NCBI GenBank assembly: GCA_964106915.2
Contig: OZ066916.1
Strand: one strand, 5' to 3'
From: Podarcis gaigeae
Taxonomy: Eukaryota
Length of the DNA: 64,000 nt
Below the pieces are notes generated by a model that was not told the DNA's origin, searched no databases, and worked only from the letters and a program-made list of their open reading frames with translations. A program made the translations under genes and the position numbers. This document shows, piece after piece, positions 42,301 to 51,995 of this stretch (the first letter of the stretch is position 1; every line of letters begins with the position of its first letter).

Positions 42301-43034
42301 AACGCGTAAGGAGGTTTTTCGAAACCTATCCCTTAAGAAGCATTGGCACCAGGGTTGTTTGTTTTTTTTTGTGAACCGCCCCGAAGATCTTTTCATGAAG
42401 GACGGTATATAAATCGAAAATGATAATAGTAATAATAATGTAGTAATGACTATTCAGGAAAAGCAAGCATGAGATCCCATTTTGCCCCTTGCCCCAAACG
42501 GTCGCGATTTGGTGGCTGTCCCGCTGCCTTTCACTGCACCAGCCACTTTATAATGGACCCTCGTGCTCTGAGCATGCACAGAGTGCACGGCTGCCCATTC
42601 CACTGAGCAGCTGGAGCCTGGACCCCTAAGGAGCTTGGATCCCTGGTCCTGGAAGGGGGAGCCAGCCCTTCTTCCCCTTCCCTCTCCCCCAATGCACTTG
42701 TGAGCCAGACCCCCGCCCCTGATCAGATCGTACTCTGCCCCCACCCTCCAGCGCTGTCCAAGGCGCCCGTCCGCCTCACCTGCAGGTAGGGCTTCCCCGC
42801 ATCCAAGCCGCCCAGCACGATGTCCGCCGAAGCCATGCCTCCCGTGGGCGAGAAGCCGAAGCCCACGTAGCCCGCCGCGCGCACCTCCAGGCGGAAGGCG
42901 ATGGAGCTGCCCTGCGCAGCCCACGAGAGCCGGTAGCGGGACGCCCCGTCCAGCACGGCGCTGTGCGGGTAGTGGCGCCCGGGCACGGCGGGCAGCCCCC
43001 ACAAGAGCAGCAGCAGCAGCGGCCAGCGGCGCAT
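9874..43034 (-). CDS. MOXD1: MOXD1, DBH-like monooxygenase protein 1 (signal peptide, DOMON, two Cu type II monooxygenase domains, C-terminal hydrophobic tail); 12 coding exons, 610 aa
   Basis: Exons assembled by hand from GT-AG sites: 255+147+168+84+180+103+167+192+60+143+169+165 = 1833 nt, frame continuous. Translation matches recalled vertebrate MOXD1 motifs (GYVGFGFSPTGGMASADIV, DTTYWCQMFKIP, LVHHILLYQC, EVHYDNP, LLHAHLAGRG, EMCLSYLLYYPRINL). Confidence 0.97.
10150..10284. mobile_element. Hairpin hAT (Charlie-like) MITE, about 135 bp
   Basis: Near-palindromic body (CCAAACTTGGGTCTCCAGCTG...CAGCTGGAGACCCTAGTTTGG); flanks GTTTAAGT / ATCTAAGT. Confidence 0.8.
11165..11430. mobile_element. 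hAT-like terminal fragment with four 55-59-bp subterminal repeats
   Basis: TTGACCT(G/A)A..CCCC recurs at about 11169, 11224, 11282 and 11341; ends GTTGGACATCCCTG followed by ATATAGAG. Confidence 0.55.
11646..11814 (-). CDS. MOXD1: MOXD1 exon 11 (TWPFIIKSPKQYKNLSFMDAMNKFKW...KTDNAEWT)
   Basis: Acceptor CAG, donor GTAAGT; 169 nt restores the frame. Confidence 0.95.
12093..12873 (+). mobile_element. Non-autonomous hAT (Charlie-like) element, 781 bp, in MOXD1 intron 10
   Basis: TIRs CAGAGGTTTTCAACC / GGTTGAAAACCACTG; 8-bp TSD CTATAGAG / CTCTAGAG. Confidence 0.88.
13057..13199 (-). CDS. MOXD1: MOXD1 exon 10 (GGLSTRNEMCLSYLLYYPRINLTRCASIPDIMEQLQFIGVKEIYRPV/R; CuM Met)
   Basis: Acceptor TAG, donor GTAAGC; 143 nt, ends in phase 2. 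Confidence 0.95.
14277..14336 (-). CDS. MOXD1: MOXD1 exon 9 (GDNLVTECHYSTLNRSHMTW)
   Basis: Acceptor CAG, donor GTAAGA; 60 nt; translated by hand. Confidence 0.93.
16695..16886 (-). CDS. MOXD1: MOXD1 exon 8 (ALDAERPSGINVFAVLLHAHLAGRG...ERTILP; CuM HxH)
   Basis: Acceptor CAG, donor GTAGGA; 192 nt. Confidence 0.96.
18083..18249 (-). CDS. MOXD1: MOXD1 exon 7 (MIDNSGLRLFYT...HCTLECLEE)
   Basis: Acceptor CAG, donor GTATGT; 167 nt restores the frame with exon 6. Confidence 0.96.
20674..20776 (-). CDS. MOXD1: MOXD1 exon 6 (GFTYPPHVGLSIGTASDPQYVLMEVHYDNPSYME/G)
   Basis: Acceptor TAG, donor GTATGT; 103 nt, ends in phase 1. Confidence 0.95.
21162..21302 (+). mobile_element. Bov-B (RTE) LINE, 5'-truncated 3' end
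   Basis: GCCTGGCGTGCTCTGGTCCATGGGGTCACAAAGAGTTGGACACGACTAAACGACTAAAC followed by (AAC)n; possible TSD ACTGTAT (21157-21163, 21301-21307). Confidence 0.85.
21995..22174 (-). CDS. MOXD1: MOXD1 exon 5 (VEPLIQKGHENLVHHILLYQC...AWAIGGE; CuH His-His)
   Basis: Acceptor CAG, donor GTAAGA; 180 nt. Confidence 0.96.
22573..22636 (-). mobile_element. Squam3-like SINE 3' fragment (empty MITE site)
   Basis: (TTCTATGA)-type tail and GGAAGGGACCCTGAGGATCATCTAGTCCAACCCCCTGCAA, shared with 44206-44503. Confidence 0.7.
23523..23604. repeat. Compound (CT)n(CA)n(GA)n microsatellite
   Basis: Direct reading. Confidence 0.95.
24523..24844. mobile_element. hAT MITE
   Basis: TIRs CAGGGTCGGATTTA / TAAATCCGGCACTA; TSD GGGAAGAA / GGTAAGAA. 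Confidence 0.75.
24847..24925 (-). mobile_element. CR1-type 3' tail fragment
   Basis: TAAGAAT...GCTTGCTGGATCAGGCCAATGGCCTATCTAGTCCAGC resembles the reverse complement of squamate CR1 3' ends. Confidence 0.55.
25983..26201. mobile_element. Tc1/mariner MITE, family B
   Basis: TA|CAGTAAGCTCACAACTTAC...GTAATTTGCAAGCTTAATG|TA; reverse-complement homolog of 32865-33092. Confidence 0.7.
27039..27068. repeat. (GT)n microsatellite
   Basis: Direct reading. Confidence 0.95.
27178..27419 (+). mobile_element. Tc1/mariner MITE, family A (242 bp)
   Basis: TA|CAGTGGTACCTCGGGTTA...TAACCTGAGGTGCCACTG|TA; internal TAACCTGAAG repeats; further copies at 35006 and 59066. Confidence 0.88.
30899..31045 (-). mobile_element. 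MIR/CORE-type SINE remnant
   Basis: TTATTCTCACAACAGCCCTGTAGGGCAGACTGAACTGAGAGACAGTGACTAGCCCAAG resembles the CORE domain. Confidence 0.55.
32865..33092. mobile_element. Tc1/mariner MITE, family B (inverted relative to the 25983 copy)
   Basis: TA|CAGTAAGCCCGCAATTTAC...GTACATTGCAGACTTACTG|TA. Confidence 0.75.
33810..33893 (-). CDS. MOXD1: MOXD1 exon 4 (VPIPDKDTTYWCQMFKIPTLHEKHHVIQ)
   Basis: Acceptor CAG after a pyrimidine tract, donor GTATGC; 84 nt; intron 3 is only 133 nt. Confidence 0.95.
34027..34194 (-). CDS. MOXD1: MOXD1 exon 3 (ESTVRVIWAYH...PYFDLTNQG)
   Basis: Acceptor TAG, donor GTAAGT; 168 nt; overlaps ORF 33997..34185. Confidence 0.95.
34309..34657 (-). mobile_element. Sauria SINE in MOXD1 intron 2
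   Basis: GGTAAAGGTAAAGGT tail; perfect 15-bp TSD CCTTTCCTAATGATA (34294-34308, 34658-34672). Confidence 0.92.
35006..35247 (+). mobile_element. Tc1/mariner MITE, family A
   Basis: TA|CAGTGGTACCTCTGGTTA...TAACCCAAGGTACCACTA|TA; 242 bp. Confidence 0.85.
35524..35670 (-). CDS. MOXD1: MOXD1 exon 2 (DYFTNADRTLKKDSQQDYHLEYAMENSTHTILAFSRQLHTCDPNDKSIT)
   Basis: Acceptor CAG, donor GTAAGT; 147 nt, phase 0-0; translated by hand because it is missing from the ORF track. Confidence 0.95.
36288..36356. repeat. Compound (GT)n(GA)n(GACA)n microsatellite
   Basis: Direct reading. Confidence 0.95.
37376..37780 (+). repeat. Intron-1 copy of a ~400-bp direct duplication (partner 43617-43994)
   Basis: Long identical runs such as GCCGCTGAGCTTGTACCACTATGAGCATGAACAGAGACATCTTCCTTATTCTGAAGTCACAGATGCTACCAGTGGGAGCCTGTCAATGGCA; ORFs 37508..37804 and 43629..44048 have near-identical translations. 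Confidence 0.95.
38636..38991 (+). mobile_element. Sauria SINE in MOXD1 intron 1
   Basis: GGGACGCGGGTGGTGCTGTGGG head, B-box-like GGTTTGAATCCC, Bov-B-like 3' segment GAGTCGGACACGACTGG, short ACCTT tail. Confidence 0.92.
41397..41759 (+). mobile_element. Young full-length Sauria SINE in MOXD1 intron 1
   Basis: Intact B box GGTTCGAATCC, (ACCTTT)3 tail, many CpGs retained; 12-bp TSD TAATCTGTGCTA (41383-41394, 41760-41771). Confidence 0.95.
41805..41905 (-). mobile_element. CR1 reverse-transcriptase fragment
   Basis: GDLVDSLYLDFQNAFDKIPHKRLMSKL matches the CR1 RT motif VD.IYLDF.KAFDKVPH.RL..KL. Confidence 0.8.
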
Positions 43035-43500
43035 CCTCGTCGCCCGCTGAACCCGCGCCAGGCGCGCACCTCAGCCGACTGCTAAGCTGTGGGGACTGAG
43101 CTGGTCGAGGCAGCCTCCTGGCGCCTCCGCCAGGCGCCGCGCCTGCTCATTGGACGGGGCGGGCGCCCGGCGTCACCCCGCCCTCGCGGAGTCAGCGGGC
43201 CTCGAGGGCTGAGGAAAGCGCGGGAGAAGAAGGAGGAGGAGGAAGAGAGCGCGACCTGGCTGAGGAGCCCTGAGGAGAGTTCCTGAGGGTCCTGAGGGGA
43301 AAGAGCGAGGGGGCAGAAGCTCGCGGCTGGGGAGCCCCTTCCTCCCTCGTCAGACAGGCAGAAGTTCAACAGGAGAAGCCTTTGACACGTGCTCCTCTTC
43401 AGAGTCCTGCTGCTGAGAGGCGAGCGCGGGAGAGAGGTGGCACGTGCCTCGTGGAGGCGGGAGGGAAGGAGGGGAGCGACGCGCGCCCTGCCAGGCGGAG
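42750..43500. promoter_or_regulatory. CpG island / MOXD1 promoter
   Basis: Abrupt GC- and CpG-rich segment covering exon 1 in an AT-rich background. CCAAT box (ATTGG, 43149-43153), GC box (GGGGCGGGC, 43156-43164), half-CRE (CGTCA, 43171-43175) and CACGTG E-boxes (43386-43391, 43441-43446). Confidence 0.88.
42780..43034 (-). CDS. MOXD1: MOXD1 coding exon 1 (MRRWPLLLLLLWGLP...GKPYLQ; signal peptide and DOMON start)
   Basis: ATG at 43034 with A at -3; leucine-rich signal peptide; donor CAG|GTGAGG; 255 nt, phase 0. Confidence 0.96.
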
Positions 43501-43616
43501 GATTTCTCAGGTACCAGGTAGAAGATAACAGGTAGCACATCCACCACCTGTAAGCCTCAGCAGGGAGGTGCCAGGACACACCCTAGTTCTGCAACAGGTA
43601 AGGGAGTCAACCCGTT

Positions 43617-43994
43617 GGTCCTCCACTTTTGGCTCTAGATGCCAGAGAGGGGGAAGTAGACTTGCCAGTTCTCTCCATCCCCACCAGGCACACCAAGATC
43701 AGACAGAGCAGACATGTGTACCTGTGGCAGACACACAGGACAAGACAGTCTGATGGCAGAGTTTGCCCTGCCTTATCTTTGAAAACTTGGCCGGAGGGGA
43801 ATGTCACTTGTTGGGACATCTTCTCAGCTTCCATTTGCTTATGGACCTCTTGCCTTGCTCATGTGCCTTGGAATCCTGACTTCTGGGACTTGTACTTGCC
43901 GCTGAGCTTGTACCACTATGAGCATGAACAGAGACATCTTCCTTATTCTGAAGTCACAGATGCTACCAGTGGGAGCCTGTCAATGGCAGGAACC
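43617..43994 (+). repeat. Promoter-upstream copy of the ~400-bp duplication, flanked by 48-bp direct repeats
   Basis: Matches 37376-37780 with small indels; flanking repeats 43546-43593 and 43992-44039 are 43/48 identical. Confidence 0.95.
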
Positions 43995-44205
43995 TGTAAG
44001 CCTCAGCATGGCAGTGCCAGGACACAGCCTGGTTCTGCACCCCTCTAGTCCAGGTGGCAGAGTCAACATGTTGTGTTGCAGTGTGTTTGCTCCACCAGAG
44101 GTGCTGCTGCTGCTCGACCTCTAAGTGGTTTCCATAGGTGGCCCCTTTCAGGTGTCAGATGTGCTGCTTTGGCTGCACTGCACTTTGGCCCCGCTGCCCT
44201 GAACT

Positions 44206-44503
44206 GAATCATAGAACTGTAAAGCTGGAAGGGACCCTGAGGATCATCAAGACTAGAGCAGGGTTTCCCAAACTTGGGTCTCCAGCTGTTTTTGGATTGC
44301 AACTCCCAACATCCTTAGCTAGCAGGACCAGCAGTCAGAGATGATGGGAATTATAGTTCAAAAAACAGCTGGGGACCCAAGTTTGGGAAACCCTGATCTA
44401 GACCAACCCCCTGCAATGCAGGAATACGCAGCTGTCCCATACGGGGATTGAACCTGCAACCTTGGCATTTTCAGCACTATGCTCTAACCAACTGAGCTAT
44501 CCA
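44206..44503 (-). mobile_element. Squam3-like tRNA-derived SINE interrupted by a hairpin hAT MITE
   Basis: A box TAGCTCAGTTGGTTAGAGC and B box GGTTCAATCCC on the minus strand; TTCTATGATTC tail. Confidence 0.8.
44259..44395. mobile_element. Hairpin hAT MITE nested in a SINE
   Basis: TIRs CAGGGTTTCCCAAACTTGGGTC / GACCCAAGTTTGGGAAACCCTG. Confidence 0.9.
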
Positions 44504-47500
44504 AGTTGATCCTTTCTTAGCAGGCCATGTGACTGGTGGTCTGAAAGAGTGTCTTTAAAACAAAACCCCACAGTGATTTACATCTTTTTCAGTCAGTTGC
44601 CCCATCCCCCCAGTGCCATTCAGGCAGCTTGGCACCACAGCAGTGAACCCAGACATTAGGTATGGAATGAAGGGAAATGAGACCCTTGCTGAAGTGAAAC
44701 AGACATGGGAACCATATGCTTGTTGCCTTGGGTTCTGTGGTGGAAGAAAAGTGCTATGAGAAAAATAATCCAAGCTGCAGCCTGGACAAGACCTAGTGTA
44801 TCATGTAGTCAGTAGGATTGGGACATTAATTGTCTTACCCTATCAACAATCACATAGTGAAAACTATATTCCAAAAGTTTTAAATGGAAAAAAACACACA
44901 CATCAAAAACATAACCAGCTTAGCTGCTGTTTAATAACCACTAATAACCAGAATGGCTGAGGCAACCCCGTCAGATGGGCGAGATACAAATAAGTTCTTT
45001 TTGTTGCTATATAACAACCTTGTCATATTTGGAGTAAGGCTGGGGAAGGGTAGGTTTTTAATCACCTTTTCAGTGCATGGTTATGGACTAATTTGGGATT
45101 CTAATTGTTAACAACTGTGAACAGATGGAATATTCATCCAGACACAGTTAACAGCATTTTAGTGCAAAGTTGTGGAAGAAGCTGATGTCTGTACGAACCT
45201 AAGTTTCCACACACAGCAAAGAGGACTACTTATGGTAAATGGAAAGCATTCTGAAAGGCTTGATATATTACGGTCACTTTTTAAAAATATCAACAAACAA
45301 AAACAAACCACACATGATTTAGAGAAAGCAGAGGAATGCCAGACTTTCCAAAAAGCTCACACTTTGGCTGATCCATGCGATGGCTGTGTGTACATTGCCA
45401 TTTACTCCAGCTCCAGTGCACTCCCACTGCTGGTGTTTGAAACAGAGTACACATGATGTTGGCCACAACCCATATGTATCCTGAAATTTCTTGAGAAATA
45501 CAGAGGTTTGATGTGATTGCCCTCAAATCAGCTTCTGTCTGACTTGTGAGCTTAAGCTGAGGTGTGAGAGTTGAGCTGAGGTGTGAACATTTCAGAAAAC
45601 CTTTGTGCATGCTCAGACGACTGCTTCATTGAATAGGAGTTTAGTGGGGTCACAGGCATGGGGAAACCAAACAGGTAAAGCTCATTGGATGAAGACCTCT
45701 CCAACGTCTGTCTAGTATGAACAGCAATTTAAAAATGGAATGGGGCAGAGAGGAGAATGACCTCCCTGCATTTTAAGCTGCTAATGTGTACATAGCCAGT
45801 GTCTTCTGGAATTATGTCCCATTGTGAAGCACATTTATATATATTTTTTTCTTTCTGTTTGTGTATGTAGGCTTTAGGACAGCATGTAGAGAATGGGATC
45901 TAATTCACAAGAAAGGGGTAGCAAAAGGACACCACCCTGTATGAAAGTAAAAGGGACAATTGTCATTTATTTCAACCACAATGTACACTTTTCACACTTT
46001 AGTTTGTAGATAAAATGATGTCATCATAGAATTAAAGAGATGGAAACCGTTATTTAAAAAAGTACTATAACGAAGGAAAGAGGCCAGGTTTTAGAAGTGG
46101 CTGGGGGTAGGTGGGGGTTCATGCCAAGTGTGTGGTACACAAACAGAGCTTCTTACACCACACTGCTAAATTAAGGGATGAGATCACATGTTTCCACTTA
46201 GTCTTTTAAGCTCACTTTTTGAAACCTTCCTTTAAAGCTGTGCCATGTAGAAATTTCCAGCTGAAATAGTTCCTGCTTTAGACGTTCACATCTTCATCTC
46301 AAACACCTTCCTCCATGGCTTATGGTTCAATGGGGCAGATATTCTGAAAATGTCTCCAAAGCTTGAATGTCCCCTGAGCCTTCAAAGAGCATTGCCTCCA
46401 AGCTATCAGGCTTTTCCACACACTTATGTCCCTAGTTTAAAACTCATACATCCATCAGTGGCCTGTGTGCTAATTTGTTTGGAAGTTTAGCAAGCCGTAC
46501 AGGACTTTATCCAGAGAAGAGGTAAAAGACCTTTGGATAAAAGTGGAGAAGAGCCATTTCAAGCTAGTGAAGAAGGGTAAACTACACACACAAAAAGTCC
46601 AAATTGGATTGCTGCTAGTATCAGCAGTACATAACTTTGGGAGTGCACTTTACACTGAGTTACAAGGTTAAACTGACTTGAGGCTGTAAGAGGATATACT
46701 GAATGGATATCCGAGGGTTTTAAAACGAAGCCTGGATTATAGAAGGATCTACTGAGTGCATTAATTCTCAGTAATCACAGTTCCTATAACTGTTGTTCTG
46801 ATTTCTCCAAGATTATATCTTTTTCAGATAATCAATCTAGGTTACTCTTTCAGGGCTTTTTGTAGGTCTGGGTTGCAAATACAGAGCCTGTGCTTTTAAG
46901 TTTCCACATGCCTTGTATCTGTTTTCACAGTCTGATGAATGCACATAGAGTCGGGTGTGGGACCTGCCGCTACAGCCCTGCTTCCTGCTGCCAGATGCGT
47001 TCATTTAGCTCACACTGATCGTCTGAAAATAGCTTATCGTTATTATCCCTCTTGCTTAGAGGGAGGGAAATAAAACTGGGACTGAGTCTCTTGCTAAGTG
47101 TCATCCACTTAGCATCCAAAACTGGGCCTTGGGTTCTAGTCACCAAATTAATTACATTTCCTACCTTCTGGCTTTTACCACAGCTCTGAGTGCTTGTCGG
47201 GTGAAACTTGGGAGTAGGAGAGGATGACCAGTTTTGGTTGATAAATTTAAGCTTGAGTGACAGAATTGCAAATTTAATAACTGTCTTAACGAAGGCAATG
47301 TAAATGTGATGGTAAATAGAACTTGTTTAGTGCTGACCTTTATCAATAAGCTTTTAGGAGGCCAGTGGGAAATGTTAGAAAACTCTGACATTTACAGAAA
47401 ATCTCAAGGTCAACTGAGCGTTGCCAGTAAATTACAAAGTTCTGTCCTCATTTCCATCATTTAGTATTAAAGGACAAGGTTCACCATCGCTAGTTTGTAC

Positions 47501-48067
47501 TTTCCCAAAACAAACCTTGTGACATAAATATCTCTGATTGTTTAACAGTGAATCTCAATGCCAAGCAATTAGCCCCAACAAAGAGCTACCACCTTAGGGT
47601 AGATGGCAATATTTTCATTGGAGCTGGGGTAAATGTTGAAAATGTGACTCATTCATTTATGCAGTTCACTGGTACATTTCAAGAGCCACTTGTATCTTCT
47701 GTAAATTACCAATTTTTATCTTAATTTCTAACATAACAATTGCTGTTGGGATCTACTAGGGCAACAGTACATTGCTATGGATTCTTGAGTTATTATGAAT
47801 GCTTGTAATGGTCAACGTATTGTTATACAAATGTAAAATGTGAGAATATGGAAACCAATCAATTTCTGAATGCTTTGGGGATTTGCCAGTGAACAGGCTA
47901 TCCTTTCACCCAACTTTCACTATGAAATTGTAAAATTCATTGGGCTATCAACATGATTTCTCATGGGCACCTTTTCATCATTGTGGAGCTGATGTTGCCA
48001 TTTGATATTCTAGGTAGCTCCAGACAAAGAAGCAGACTGGACAACAGCTAGAGCATGGATAGTGCAA

Positions 48068-48137
48068 GAATCATAGAATTGTAGAGTTGGCAGAAACCCT
48101 AAGGGTCATCTAGTCCAATCCCCTGCAATGCAGGAAT
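48068..48137 (-). mobile_element. Squam3-like SINE 3' fragment (empty MITE site)
   Basis: GAATCATAGAATTGTAGAGTTGG...GTCATCTAGTCCAATCCCCTGCAATGCAGGAAT. Confidence 0.7.
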
Positions 48138-48332
48138 TCTGCCACAGATGTCCCTGTACTGTGATTTGAAGTGCTGTCAACTGGGGCTTCAAAGCACAGT
48201 ATCACATGATGTCCCTATGACATCAGGTTGACCCACAGGTGAGTAGCCCTGTCCACCTGTGAGTTTCGGCATGCCAGGAGCGCGGAGATAAAGATCTGAC
48301 CTGCTGGGCAGAAAAGGTTCCCAACCCCTGTG

Positions 48333-48810
48333 GAGAATTTCATCTCTTCTCCAAATTATTTGCCTCACTTCCTTGCGTTCCCTTCCTGAGAAAGTTAGTT
48401 GAAGTACATCTTCTGCAGTGAGGACAAAGAATTCATTCAGCTTCTCTGCAATTTCCTTTTACTGCTTTAGCACACTTTTCACTCCCATGTCATCCAAAGG
48501 TCCAACTGCTTCCTTAGTCAGCTTCCTGTTTCTAATGCATTTTTAAAAAATGATTGTTGGTTTAAATATTTTTTAGCAATTTGCTCCTCATATTCTTTCT
48601 TTTCTTTTCCTTTTGCTCGCTATTGCCTGCTTGCATTTCTTTGCCAAAGTTTGTGTTCCTTTTTGTTCTCTTTGTTTGGACAAGACTTGTTTTCTGAAAG
48701 AAGCCTTCTTGCTTCTAACAGTCTCCTTGACTCTGCTTGTGAACCATGTTGGCACCTTCTTGGCTTTGGTGGTACCTTTTCTAATCATCTGAGCTTCAGC
48801 ACTCAAAGCC
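48333..48810 (-). mobile_element. CR1 ORF2 fragment (region between EN and RT)
   Basis: Basic translation KKVPTWFTSRVKETVRSKKASFRK, plus AEKLNEFFVL-like and VGPL-like motifs of CR1 ORF2. Confidence 0.7.
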
Positions 48811-49178
48811 TGGAACTCCCTGCAGGGATCCTTCTTTCCAGTCAGAGCATATTGCTGGGGGTCACATTCTTTTAGAGATTACCCAGAACATTGCAGCACC
48901 TTCTTGGCAGTAGCTGTTTTCTAAAGAGCCTGTTTTCCAATGATCTTGTGAACCACTGTTGCAGCCAACCATCTAACACACCCATGCTGACTCAGACGGT
49001 AAGGCCATTTATTTTATTTTTTTAAAAAAAAACATTTATCAAGAAACCACAAGCAGGGATCAGCCTGGTGTTGCCAGCTTCAAAAGAGCTTATTCCTATG
49101 TTTATATAATGGGTTCAAAAAGCATGCTAAAGGCTGCTCTTCATTCATGAGGCATTATGTTTCCTTTCTTTTTAGCAC

Positions 49179-49310
49179 AGGGATATGGAACTTGTGACTC
49201 TCAGGGTGTTGTTGAACCACAGCTCCCTTGACCATTGTCCACACTGGCTAAGTCTGATAGGAGTTGGAGTCTAACAACATTTGGAGGACCACAGGTTCCC
49301 CATCCATTCA
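49179..49310. mobile_element. Diverged hairpin hAT MITE
   Basis: CAGGGATATGGAACTTGTG...CCACAGGTTCCCCATCC with a palindromic body. Confidence 0.55.
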
Positions 49311-51995
49311 TAGATCCTTCCACCCATTCAAATGATAGTGCTTGTTGAGCAGGAAACATGACTGTGGTTGTTGCCCCTCCTGCTGCCCCATATGTATGTT
49401 CTGGTGAAGGTCTGAAGGAGCCTATGCACATTCAACTTGTCAAACTGTAGTCCATGTATTACGGATGCTCAAATAGGGTCTGCAGTTGCTCGGACAAATC
49501 CTATGCACATAGCTTGTATGTGCACATAGGTTCTTTCTCACCTTCCCCTGAGCACCTGTGTGGGGCTCTTCCACATTATAATTTTTCAGTTTTCTGTACA
49601 AAACATAAAACATATTCAAAATTCCACCATAGATAATTCTGGAAGGAAATTTAGTTTTCAAAGGGGATAGGAATTATTATGTACTAGGTTTCTAGTGTAA
49701 GACTTAACATTGCCCACCTGCTTGTCTACTGCAAAATTTCAGGATCTCTTTAGCAGTCTTGCCAAATGGCAAAACATGTAAGCTGGTAAGCTGGACATGC
49801 AGGGAATCAATCTGCCAGCTACATCAACCATACAAAGAACTCTGCACAGATCAAACCATGTTCCTAGCAAACCATATATATGGTCATGTGAAATGGCTGA
49901 AAATCAGTTTTTAATCCAAGTGCTTTGATGTAAGTGTGCTATGGATTAGGCTACTAGAGATCCAAGCAATCCCATAGGGCTTAATTTTTAAGAAACAGAA
50001 ATGAATTAAAGTCCTGTGTATCTGAATTAAGGTTCATCTGAGCTGGCTCACTGCTAGTTAAATTCAACTTTGCATTAGTTTTAAAAGAAGGAATGAAACC
50101 CATACATTTAGCAAATTTGCAAAGCACTGCCTTTACATTCTCAATGATCCATTAATAAGCCAAGCTCTCTTCCACAAAGGAAAAATATTACACCACCATT
50201 GGCACTCAACTTCCAGAATTTTTTTAAAAAGTTTTGATTTGCTGATTGAGAAATAGGAAAGTCAATTAAGAAAAGAGAATGGACCCCAGTTCAAGAGGAT
50301 CTATGGAGCCGTGATGATTGATCAATGTTAAATGGTTTCAGGAATGTAAATCATGGCAATTATGCAACTAGACATGCAACTAATTTTGTAAATTATAGTT
50401 TTTTGCCATCTAAGGAGGACCTTTTTGATTTTGAAAGTCATTTTGATTATAGAGCATGGATTGGTTTTGTACTCCCTGGACATTTTTTAAATTTTTGTTT
50501 GCTGTCCCTGTCTATTTTAATGGTTTAGTTTTAGCACATTTATTTCTGGTTGATCAATTTTATTTCCAGTGTGCTAAACCAACTTGAGTATATATTTAAA
50601 AAGAAAAACAGAAAGTGGGGTATCAACGCTTTTAATAATTCAATAATAAATACTGTGCATGTTGAAATCAGCAACAGCAAATAATACAGCAAAACAATGG
50701 ACCATAACCCAGCAAATATTAACTGCAACTAAAACCACAATTTCTGTGTGAAAGAGCACATAAAATGCAAAAATTAGCAAGAAAGGAAATGTTGGGAAGA
50801 AGAAACAAAGTGCCATCTGAATGCAGCCTTAGAGTGGGTATAGAACTGAGATGTAAAGCATTAAAAGGGGATTGTAAAATATTAGTACAGTCTTGATCCT
50901 ACAAGGTGAATAATATCTTCAAATGTCTTTATGACACAAAGGCTTTGTAAATGTTCAGTATAGCTCTTGGTTCAGATCTATGAGTCAGCTGCACTCACCC
51001 TTTTTAATAACAGTGACTAAAGAAAATAAAAAGGGATTAGGGTGTGGATGTGACAGAAAATACCCAGCTCTGCATTTGTTTCTTCCTGGGATAAATATTT
51101 TGAACATCTTATATATGCCAAAAGCAGGTGGGGGGAGAGTAGAGGACAGAGGGTGAAGAAAGAACTGGGAGCGGATATGGGATCTTTACCTGTCCTTTGG
51201 ACCCACCGGGAAACTCAACAAACCTACTGTACATGGAACTGGGTGTGGAGAGTTCAGCTGAGTGGGCAGCACAACTGTGGACAACCTGAGGAAGTAGCAT
51301 CCACCTTGAGCCTGCCCATAAAAAACAAGTCTAGAGTGAGAGACCAGATTGATGCCCGCTATTTGCAGGAACTCTTCTAATTGTGAGGCTTTTGTGGGTT
51401 AGCTGAGATGTGTGTGTGTGTGTAAATTTGCATGAATGTAACTTTTTATGTAACTGCATTTTTGTAATATTTTGCTTAAGTTGTTGCTTTAGTTTTTTTG
51501 TATAGCACTTACAGTTTTTTAATGTATTAATCAGTATAGAAATTAAATAATCAATAATCAAAACTTAGAGGTTTCAACTGCGTGGGCATCACAAAAGGTC
51601 AGCAATAGTTTTTAGTACAAGCTCTATTTTAAAATAAAAATAAAAATTGAGCAAATCAGTTGACACAAAATAACAATTACTCATCAAACTCAATAGACGC
51701 TTAAAAGGTTAAAGCAGATGCTGCCAACTTTTTGGGGGGATACAAGAGTCACCAATGATTAGATGGTGGTTTTGAGAGGATTTCTTGGTAAAAAAGATAA
51801 ATAAGGATCTATACCTCAGATCCATGTTTTTGCAGCACTGGCAGTTACCAGATCCATGGTTCTTATGTTCAATCAATGGAAACAGATGTGGTCTGTGATT
51901 TGGCAGAGCTGGGGAACCCGTTAAAAAAGTCTAGTGGGTTTTAAGACTCCAACAGCATCTGGAGGACACCAATTTGGGGAAAGACTGGAGTAGAC

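Noticed and set aside
42454-43579. Long GC-rich ORFs (182 aa, 165 aa, 97 aa) around exon 1
   Set aside because: Stop-poor alternative frames of a CpG island; only 42780-43034 matches a known protein.
37508-44048. Two near-identical ORFs (37508..37804, 43629..44048) as a duplicated small gene
   Set aside because: No recognisable domain, non-ATG starts and a 5-nt indel between the copies; the DNA duplication explains them.
44430-44503. tRNA-like A/B boxes
   Set aside because: Head of a tRNA-derived SINE, continuous with its body and tail; the same applies to the Sauria SINE heads.
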